In this document: piece after piece, positions 9,293 through 19,400 of the stretch
How positions within the stretch are numbered: the first letter of the stretch is position 1
Layout: each line of letters starts with the position of its first letter
NCBI RefSeq assembly: GCF_000196355.1
Contig: NC_007614.1
Span: 2,940,001 to 2,972,000, forward strand
Length of the DNA: 32,000 nt
Source of the DNA: Nitrosospira multiformis ATCC 25196
GTDB lineage: Bacteria > Pseudomonadota > Gammaproteobacteria > Burkholderiales > Nitrosomonadaceae
Reading direction: 5' to 3'
Notes under the pieces: generated by a model
The model's input: only the letters and a program-made list of their open reading frames with translations
Database searches by the model: none
What the model was told of the DNA's origin: nothing
Made by a program: the position numbers and the translations under genes

Positions 9293-9940
9293 ATGAATAC
9301 GTCGAAATCAGATAAGCACCCTGGGGATAAACCGCGCCCCGATGAAAAAAAGCGGACGCATATGGAAATACCCAGAGATGAAGAACCCCCGCACAGCACG
9401 AAGGAGGAAGAAAGATATACCGAGGCGGGCACGCCGCCCAGAGATGAAACCTATCGCCCCTCTGAAAGGTATGTCCGCGGAGAGGATAGGTATGTCGATA
9501 CGACGCCTCCTTATCGTTCTGATGCTGGCCGTGCAGCGGAAGACATAGGCAATACCGTAAAGACCGGCATTGGCGGCAGCTTAAGAGGCATCGATGAAAT
9601 TGAATCGGACGTCGTCAATCTGGTCCGCAATACGATCTCCAATACATTGCGGGCGACGGGCGCGGTTGGTACGGAAGCCGTCGATGTCACAAGGACAACG
9701 GTAAACGCGGCAGCCCAGGGAATAGCCGAAATCGGCACGACCGCTGTCACGAGCGTGCGTGACATTCTTGTCAGCGTCGTGGAGGGCATAAAGGACGTGG
9801 CGGGTGCGGCAGTGCCGCGCACTCCTTATCGCACGGAAGACCGCATTCCGCCGGAAGACCGCGTGCCTCCGGAATATACTCCTCCCCCCGGCCGTCCCCG
9901 GCCGTCAGAGTATGTTCCAGACAACAACAGGCGGGTTTAA
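9293..9940 (+). CDS. hypothetical protein, charged/Pro-rich ends with amphipathic phasin/LEA-like core
   Basis: 215-aa ORF, SD-like TAGGAGG 12 nt upstream of ATG; core GIGGSLRGIDEIESDVVNLVRNTISNTLRATGAVGTEAVDVTRTTVNAAAQGIAEIGTTAVTSVRDILVSVVEGIKDVAGAA. Confidence 0.7.
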   Translation: MNTSKSDKHPGDKPRPDEKKRTHMEIPRDEEPPHSTKEEERYTEAGTPPRDETYRPSERYVRGEDRYVDTTPPYRSDAGRAAEDIGNTVKTGIGGSLRGIDEIESDVVNLVRNTISNTLRATGAVGTEAVDVTRTTVNAAAQGIAEIGTTAVTSVRDILVSVVEGIKDVAGAAVPRTPYRTEDRIPPEDRVPPEYTPPPGRPRPSEYVPDNNRRV

Positions 9941-9950
9941 CCCTGCGAGG

Positions 9951-9971
9951 CCAGGGCGCCGGGCGCTCTGG
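9951..9971 (+). terminator. possible terminator hairpin downstream of the 215-aa gene
   Basis: CCAGGGCGC-CGG-GCGCTCTGG, 9-bp stem with one G-T wobble, starting 10 nt after the stop codon, followed by the pyrimidine-rich CTCTCTTC; weak T tract. Confidence 0.4.
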
Positions 9972-10047
9972 CTCTCTTCATATCCATCATCCAGCCCTCG
10001 GCTTCGCTCCAAAAACACAACTACACGACTCGTCCGCAGAAGTAATT

Positions 10048-10242
10048 TCACGCCGGGGGTTTCCCGACCTTGCGCAATATGTCACGCACTTTCTTGCTTG
10101 CCAGCAAGGTGAGGAAGCTCTGGATTCGAGCCTCCGAACGCAGGCTTGAGATCACACCAGCATAAATTCTTTTTACCTTTTCCGCAGGATGCCTTGTTTT
10201 CTGCGCCAGTTGGTCGATAGCGTAAAGATCCTCGGATGCCAA
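10048..10242 (-). CDS. DUF3562-like small protein (start uncertain)
   Basis: ASEDLYAIDQLAQKTRHPAEKVKRIYAGVISSLRSEARIQSFLTLLASKKVRDILRK resembles DUF3562 proteins. The annotated start is TTG (10240-10242) with an in-frame TGA four codons upstream. Confidence 0.6.
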   Translation of the reverse strand: MASEDLYAIDQLAQKTRHPAEKVKRIYAGVISSLRSEARIQSFLTLLASKKVRDILRKVGKPPA

Positions 10243-10487
10243 GGCACGCGATCAGTAGTGGCCATGAAATCTTCTTCCATCATCGGCTCCCCGGTTACCC
10301 TAAAGCCAGGATATTCAAAATGCGCTTTTGCGCAGCCTATTGAGGCGATCCTGGATTCTTTATAGGCCCCGAGCAATTACAGTTGCAAGCTCATGCTGAA
10401 AGAATAAAAGACAATTTCTGCCGGGTATCGGGCAATAACTGCTAATCTTCCCATGTTCGGATCAGACAAGCCGTCGAGAGCAATCCA

Positions 10488-13400
10488 TCATTCCCCATGC
10501 CCGATCACCTCGGTCGAGATAAAGGTGGGCTTGAGTTTCCTCATCTCATCGGATGTCCGTGCCGCTTCCGACAGATTTTGCGACACGGCAGCCGTGGCCT
10601 TGGAAACGTCGTCCCCCTGCTGGGTAGCGCCGGAGGTAGTGGCTGTGACTGCGCTCGCATCGGCTACCGGCGTGCCGGTGGAGGTGCCCGCCACAGCGAT
10701 ATTATCCGCGCCCAGCACGACCTGTGCTGCAATATTGAGGTTATTGGCGCGAATGCCGGCATCCCCCGCGTTCACCGTCCCCCTGGGGGCGATCAGATCG
10801 ATGTCGCCTGCCTTGACTCCTCCGCTTGAGAGCGCGCCAATTCCGCTACCGGAAGCGGCGCCTTGCAGTTCCTGGGTTACGTTACCCTGGGCATCCACCT
10901 TGATGACCGGCGGCGGCACGGCAGTCGCCGTCTTCTTGCCCTTGCCGGCATCGATATCCCCTTCACTCGACCACAGCAGGACATCGCCACCTCCTACCGT
11001 CAGGATGCGTGACTGATTGACGAGAATGTGGTCGCGGGCAAATCCGCGCACATTGCCTTTTGCCACCGTCAGCATGCCCAGGACATCATTGCCCGTATTG
11101 ACCAGTACTTCCGGCGTATTGCCGAGGCCGACGACCACTCCTCCACCCGGAACCATGAACTCGATATTTCCCCCGCGCTCGGTCTTGATGCGGCTGGCAA
11201 ACAGGTTGATTTCTCCCTGATAATTCTTGAAGCTTCCATCCTCATTTTTCTCGCGCACACCGGGAAACACCCGCTCCAGCGCCGCATAGCCGCGCTCATA
11301 GTTTCCAGCATAGGCGCTATTCGGATTATTGAAGTCGCGGCCGGTGGTACGCAGTGCGGAATAGACCATCTCGCGCACCAGGATGCGCTGGGTATCCGCA
11401 TCCAGAGCGCGCACATCCCTGACTGCCTGGAGCGCACCGGCGCCATCCAGCTCGTTGTTGCCTACCAGCCAGCGCGCCTGCCACAGAAGGATATCGTCCG
11501 GACTCCCGTCCGTTTTTTCCAGATCGGCGATCAAGCGGTCGATGGTACCGGTGTAATCGATTCCCTTCGCACCCACTCCTGCCGCAACATCAATATCGAC
11601 CCCTCCTGCCGGTAATTCAGCATTGTCGAGGTCTCCCCGGCTGACGATCCCCGCGGAGGTGGCAAGATCAATATTGCGTCCGGCTGCCACCTCCAGCCGC
11701 CCCAGACCCCCGACCCAGATTTTTGCCAGGCCGGCGCGGTCGTTACCTGCGGTAAAAGCGATATCCCGGCCCGCTGTCACACGGCTGACGTCCGAAGGGT
11801 TGGCATGCTGCGCCAGAATGCCAACATCGCGCACGTCCTGCCCGGCGCGCAGCCAGAATGCCTTGGACAGGTCCAGGGAAAGTTCGAAAGGATTGCCCTT
11901 GACATCCCCGGCTACCGCGTAAACGCGCGCTGGTTGGGTATCACCCGTGTGAACGGGAACAGCAGCATGAACAAGATCGAGGTCAGCAGCGCTCACCGCC
12001 GTATTCGGAAACTGGCTGGATTCCCTGCCTGGGCGGATTGCGCCGGGAATCAGCGCGGGGTCCCTGTCACTCATGGATACGACAGTCGGAATGCTGATTG
12101 AATTTGCAGCCAGCAACGTGAGCTGACCATCGGCGGCCGGACTCAGGACGAAGTCATCCACGGCGCCCAGCGCGATATTGCTGCGAAACGCGGTAATGGA
12201 AAGGCTGGGTGGCAGGAGGGAAAGCAGAGCCGGTTTGTAGCTTCCCGAACTGATGTTGAAGTTGAGCGGCGCCCTATATGCACTCTGTATATTTGCGCCT
12301 GCTCCTCCGCCGTTCTGGAGCGCCACGTTGCCATACAGGCTCTGCAGGCTCGCGCCGCTGCGCGGGCTATAGGTGGAAAACAGGCTCCAGGTCGGGCTGG
12401 TTACATTTCTGATGTTGAATGCCGTACTGTTGCCGGATGACTGGACCACCAGGTGCGGATTCAATACGGTCTGGATGTTGACATCCTCCCGTGCCTGAAC
12501 CCTCGCCTGCGCGTCACCCACAGCCACGATGGTGTAGAGCGGACTGCCATTCACGTTCTGTCCGCTGTCCACCTTGCCGTCGGCCTTCAGCTCCAGAGCC
12601 CCCCGGTCTGCATAATACTGTCCACCCAGTAAGTTCGCTCCGGCCTCCACTTGCACATCGCCGCCACCGGTCTTGAATAATTTGGCTGCATCCGGGCTCA
12701 TGGCTGTCATACGCGCCTGCGTGGGCGCACTGGCCGAAACATTCTCGATATTGCCACCGGCAGTCAGCGTGACGTTACCGCCTCCCAGGGCGCCAACGCC
12801 TTGCTGGAACTGGTCGAAACGCACCCACCAGGCAGGCTGGAGCGTATATGCGCCGGTTGAATCATTCAACCGGCCCTGCCGGAACAACCAATTGGAGTAG
12901 AGCTGCGCCGAGGGTGTCCCGACTATATTACCCAAGGCTACCAGGCTGACATTACCGCCATCCTGGCTGAACTGAGCATTTGCAGGCGTGACAAAGTCAT
13001 CAGCCGGATCGGCTGTGCGTCCGCTCGTATAGATGACCGATTTGCCGTCGGCGAGTTTGATATCCCCTCCCGCCGCAATGCAGATATCCCCCGTGCCCGT
13101 GCGCACAAGCTTGCCCGCCGCCAGGGTAACATCACCTCCCTCGGCCTTGACTGCCATGGGATCGGCTGCGCCGGTATCCGCCCCCCCAACCAGCCGGTAA
13201 CTCCAGGAATCTCCGACCAGCAGCGTGGCAGGGGTGGTTCCGCTGCTGAATGGTGTCGCTGCGTTGAAACCATCGGAGAGATTGCTGTTCAGCTTAAGAT
13301 CCCCCCCTGCCCGCAAGGTGAGCATGCCGGGTTCGCCCTCAGCGCGGCTGGTTCCAAGATTCCAGTCATTGGCAAGCGTGAGATCGCCTGTCGAACGTAT

Positions 13401-16400
13401 CTCTACGCCGGGACGCAAATGAAAGCTGCTCTCGCCCGTTTTGCCCAGACGCGCCATAATTGTTCCGGCATGGGACGCAAAGCTGGTATTGTCGGCGTTG
13501 ACAGTAGCCAGGCTCAATGTGGGACCGCTGCCGCCGCTTTCTCCACTCTCATCGCTGGCGGTAAGCGCATCGATGCCATCATAGATTTTGACTGCCTCGA
13601 TTACTACCGATTTAGCGCCGTTGATACTGCTGTTTATATTGTCCACGGCGACTTCGTTACCCGCGCCACTCCCCAGACGGGGCGCGCGCAGGAGGATTCT
13701 GCCACCCTCTCCACCATGCCCGCTATTGTGGCCATGCACGTCGATCATGCTGCCCTCAGCCAGGTTCAACCCGCCTTCGGCGGTGCCGATACCGACTTCA
13801 CCGCCGTTTTTTCCATTGCCGGTGGAATAGGCGTCGAGCTTCGTGCCCGCCAGCACGTTGACGTCATTCCTTGCATAAAGATTGATGCGGCCCGCATCAT
13901 TACCCGATACGTCGATATGCCCAGCCAGGTCGAGCTTGCCATCGTCCACGGCAATCTGGACTTCTCTTGCCCTAACCGTATCGGATGCGGAGAGGCTGAC
14001 ATCGCCCGTACGAACACGGAATGTTCTCGCTCCGTCGAATACCCCCTGATTGAGAGCCGTGTTAAGCGTGGAGAAATCCGCCAGCGCTGCCACATCCAGA
14101 TCAAAACCCGCACCATTGCCTCTTTTGCCACTTGTATCTGCCATAGCGGAGCCCTGCAGGCTGCCTGCAGCAATCGCCGCGGTGCCATTGCCTGCGCGCA
14201 CGATCACCTTGCCTGCGTCTCCACCGGATGCGGCAGAAACGTTCACCTGCGCCCCAGGCTGCACCACCACGTTGCCCTCTTCACTTGCCAGTTCAACGAC
14301 GCCGCCGGGCGAGGCGCGCTCTACATCGAAGAACGCCACCAAGCGACCCGCCGCATTCGCCACTGCATTTGCACCCAGTTCAAGATTGCCCGTAGTTGCT
14401 GCGAGTTTAAGCTGTCCCGAAGGCAGATCAGCCTCCGTATCGAACATCACCTCGGTGCCCGAGAGCATCCACTTCGCTCCCAGCGTATTTTCGTCCGCGA
14501 GCGCACGATCTGCTTCCTTTCTGAAAGCATCGAGTTTGCCCGCTGCAGCCAGAGTCTGGCTGGCGCCTTGCTCGCCACGGATTCTTGCCACATCCAGTCT
14601 TGTATCAACGGCGGCAATATCGGCCCTGCCGGAACCGCGTCCAACCATTTCATTCGCTCTGATAGCGACCTGGGAGAATCCTTCGACAGATTTGGCGCCT
14701 TCACCCAGTATCAAGGTGTTGGCCTGTATTGCCAGCGACCCATTGCCGGATGTTCCGCCCATCGTAAACGCTGCAGCCGCAGGATTGGCGATGAGTATAT
14801 TGGTCGCGCGCAGGGTAGCGGTTTTACCGCTGTTATTCAGCCCGGCCAATCCCGCGCCCAGCAGATTCAAGGCCTGCTGCGTAGGCTTGCCCTCGGCGTT
14901 CACGCCACCCACGCTCACGTCGCCATAAAGATCAAAAGTGGAATAACTCGTCAGCGTCAGCGAATTAAGGTTGTTCAGGCCATCAAGTTCACTCTGGCTG
15001 AGAGTCAGGCCTTCGGAACCTGAGGGAGCATTGCCGAAGTTGACACGCGCGGCGCCGATCGTCAGGTTTCCGGCGATCGGATTATTCTGACGGTCAGCAA
15101 AAACGGGCGTACCTGCGAAAGTGTTCTGCCTGGTGGCATCGAGCGTGATTGAATTTCCAGATCGGATAACACTGCCTGCTTCACCGATCAGCGTTCCCTG
15201 ACTCCGATCAGGTCCGCCGCTGCGAGAAAATGGTGCAAAAGTGGAGGCTGATCGTACCAGCGCTCCGTTACCGGCTGTATTGTAGCCACCGTCCCCGCTG
15301 GCGGCCTCACCGCCTTGAGTCTCGATGACACTGCCCGATTTCAGGATAAGTGAATCCTTTGCCGCCAGAATGACTTCATCCCCCTTCAGCGCGTGATTGA
15401 CGTCATTGGCCAGTGTTACCTCTTCAGCGCCCACGAGCAGCGTAGTGCCATCGCTTGCGGTGTCGCCGCGGCTGCGTGTGCCGCCGATGAGCAGACTTGA
15501 TGCACCCAGAGCATTGAGCGCACTCGCGGAAATTCGTGTAGCCAGCGGATCGACTCCGCCTGGTCCCGAAGACGTATCGCTGGTGATTGCAATTCGGGGA
15601 GCACTGATGTCTACTGCGGCGCCTCGCCCTCCAGTGCCTGCAGCCAGTTTGAAAACGGCATCCAGCTTGAGATTGCCGGTAGTATTCATGGAAAGGAGGC
15701 CGGCATCCTGAGGCCGACTGTTACTGGTCGTAAAAAAATCCGAGGCGCGCGTAAGCGTGATTTCCGATCGTTGCATGACCTGTTCGCGGCTGAGTATTTC
15801 AAAACCACTCCAGACTGCATCACGCGGGGTTCCCGCCCAATCGCGAGCCCGGCTGTCGGTGACGTAGCCCGGCACGACCTGTGTCCCATCCTGCTTGCTG
15901 TACGCTTGCCCCGGCAGCAGATTATGCACGCCGGTGTCGAGTCTTATGGCATAGGCCCCCGGCAGCAAGGCATAGTGCGCTGGAAGCAGTGTGTAAACTC
16001 CTGCCGGCAGCCCCGATACACCGGAGAGATAAACCGCATCTCCCATCCCGCGGTCGAAACCGGTATTCTCCTGTCTGTCGCCCGGCGCAAATCCGCTCGT
16101 ATAGCCGGGCAGAATGGCATAGATGCCGTCATCCCCGAGAATATCACGCGATCCCCCGGGCCCCACGCTGAACTCGTAAGCCTGCAAGGCTCCTCCACCT
16201 GCCAGATCGACTACCGCTCCTGCCCGCATATCGATATTCGCTGCCTGCACCCGAACTGATTTTTCTGGTAACGCAAGCTGCGGAATCTCGAAGGCCTCCG
16301 GCTTATAAAGCCAGCTTCGGCCATTCGCGAGCACGCCAAACGGGGTGAGGGTGCCGGATCCGGCAGCAACCGAAGTCAGGCTGCCATCCTTGAATGTAAG

Positions 16401-19400
16401 CGTATCGGTCGCGCTGAAGGTCAACTGGCCGAACGGGGCCCATATATTGCCTCCCTGTACGATATTTGCGGCTGTTACCGTCAGGCTGCCGAGCGCGGAA
16501 AGGGGCTGTATCGGGTGCGTTGCATTGCTGCCGAATGCCACCGTTCGATCCGGCGCCAGGATACTGATCTGGCTATAAGTTGAGGGGGCGATGACGGCGC
16601 CACTGAAAGCCAGGTCTGCTGCACTTGAAAGCGTGCCTGCCGGACGCGGCGAGCCGCCACTGCTTATACCCGAAAACCTTATCTCCTGAGCACCGGTGAA
16701 TTCCGCACGTGACATTCCGCTGAGCGTCAGGTTGCCCGCCAGTTCCAGCAACTGGGCCTCCGCCTTGAACCCACCGGTGCCGGCAATCGGCGTATTGGCC
16801 ACATCCACGCGATTGGCATCGAAATTGCCAAGCCGCAAGGCTTCTGCTTTCAGTGCAGCTTCGCCTCCTGCCATTTCAATGCGTGGTGTGTCCAGCACCA
16901 TTTCTTTCAACGGCAACAGGCGATTGGCGCCGAGACTCAGGTCATCTTCCAGCCGGATGGCATCCCGGCTTTTCAGGGCGATACGGTCAAACCCTGCTGC
17001 TTCGAGTGCCACGGCGCCTATCGTGGCTTTCCCGTTAAGTCCAGCCGGAATAATGGATCCGGGAGCGAGGCCTGCCGTCTGCGACGTTCCTGTCGGCCCC
17101 AGACTCAATACGCGCTCTCCGAGCGGAAAACCTTTATTCTGGGCATCGTCCACATCCAGAAGTCCCAGAACGACATCAAGTGCCCCCGCACGATTTGACG
17201 CGCCACCCGGCTGCGCCGTAATGCTGCCCTCGAGCAGCATGCCTTCACGCGCAATGACGCTCAGTCTTCCTGCATCGCTGCCTACCCATTGCCCCAGGCC
17301 CCCGGCCTGGTTCTGGATATCCAGGTGGACGGGCGCAGCCCCCGCCAGATTGATATGAGACCCGGGCTCGGCCACGATATGTCCGAACTGCGCGTTCAGC
17401 GTCACTGACCCGCCGTTCAGCACCTCGCCCTGGGTGAGGCGCTGACTGTCGAGGTACGTAAGAGCCTTGCCGGATACATCGAGTAACGCCTGCTTGCCCA
17501 GCCAGAGACTGTTGCTTGCATTGAAGTTGAAGCTGTGGCTATGATCGAGCGTTGCCGTGATGCTGCCACCGGGCGCGGTGATACGCCCTTGTATGTTCAT
17601 CGAACGCGCTGCTGCCAGCGTGATTTTTGCTCCGGGATCCGCCTCGATATGCGCGCCCACTCCGATTGCCACATCGGCTGCGCCTCGCTCGTCGGGATTT
17701 TCTGCCGTAAGGCTCAAGCTGACCGGCTCGCGCACGAGATCATCGAGTTTGACTGGGCGCGTAAAATCTTCCATTCTGCTGCCGCTTGGTCTCAGGCTGT
17801 AGTCAGGTTGCAATTCGAGGCTGAGGACGGCGGGTTTGATCTTCACACCCTCGGATAACGCGACGCTCTCATTCCCTGTCAGATTGATATCGCCAAACCC
17901 GCCCCGCTCGAAAAACCCGGGATCGAGATTGACCGTACCGGCCGTACCATCCGGCATGCCGCCAATCTGGATTCTATTGCTCGCAACCGAGAAAGTGCCG
18001 CCTTTGCCAACCCCGTAACCGCGCACATTATCAGCCAGACCGGAAACGGCATTGCCGGACAGACTGATGTCACCCCCGTTGCCGGCAATCACGCTGCCTC
18101 GACTATCCACCTTGAGCCTGCCGCCGCCAGTGACATCCAGCAGCGTATTTTTCCCGAGAGCAAGATCGTCAATAGCCGAGAGAGCTATCCTGCCGCCGTT
18201 TACCAGACCCACTTCGTCGGAGCCTGCAGGCACTCCACGCAATTCATTTACCCACGCACCGCGCGCGGATAGTGTGACTCCTTCGGTTACAACGAGATTC
18301 AGCGGACCGGATGAACGTCCTGGAAGATCGTTTCTGTTTGCATGAAGCATAATTGAGCCGGCTGGGGCGGCGATGTCCGCTTCGACCTTCACTCCCTGCC
18401 CCGTGATATGCACGCTGCCGCCTTGCGGCACCCGCAAAGCCTCACGCACTTCCGCTGCCTGATTACTGAAAATTTCCAGGTTGGCGACCTTGTCCCTGCC
18501 TAGCAGCGCGGGGTTGAGGCGCAGTTTATTGACGAGATCGGATGACAGCGTGTCGCCGAATTTGAAACTTCCCGGCAGCAAGGGTCCCTCGCTGCTCAGC
18601 TCGATCTGCTGGTTATGCTTGTAATCGAGACCGTTGATATTGTTCGCTACCGGATTACTGCCAAGAGTCAAGCGCGCCCCCTCCGGCATGATGCCCTTGT
18701 CGCGCTGTACCTCTCCCACGACCGTGCGCCCCTGCACGGCCCCCTGCATGACCACCGCGCGCAGGCCCATGACTTCCAGAGCGCCGGCATCCTTGCCTTC
18801 GGTATAACCGGGGTCATAGTTGAAGGTCTGACCGAGGTCGATTACTTCTTTCACGTTCCAGCGTCCGAAATCCTGCACGTAGCGGGTGGCGATGCCGTCA
18901 TAACGCACATCGGCCCGGGCATTCGCAATGTCGGTCAATACTCCCCGGGACATGAGCAAGGTCGTTTTCACGCTGGAAGGCGTGTAGCTCAAGCTACCAC
19001 CGGATATATCGATCACCGCGCCGGGAGCAATGATGGCTTCTCCCTGCGAGTTCACGCGCACCACGCCGCCCTCCGTGGATCTTTCCGCCACCGTACGCTC
19101 GAGACGCGCCTGGTAAGCTTGCAGGCTGTCTTTCGCGATCAGCGTGGGAGCGCCGGAGTCGGCGTTGGCCAGTGCGCGGTTGATGTCCACATAAACTTTC
19201 TGGCTGCGCAGCGGCCCGTCCCGGTTGACGGGAGAATCTTTCAGTTCATCTCCCCGCAATTCCACTTCCACCGCGTTTCGTGCCGTGGAAACTTTTACAT
19301 TTTCCAGTCCGGCGACATTGATAAGGGCACCGTTGTCAATGTGAATGCGGGCAGTATTGGAAGCAGGAGCATCGAATGCCTGCCTGAACGGATCGCCGGG

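Noticed and set aside
13419-15023. 534-aa plus-strand ORF (and others such as 18615..19580, 15771..16259, 11028..11615) inside the tpsA region
   Set aside because: Antisense shadow ORFs of the high-GC 3409-aa tpsA; low-complexity or unnatural composition and no family resemblance.
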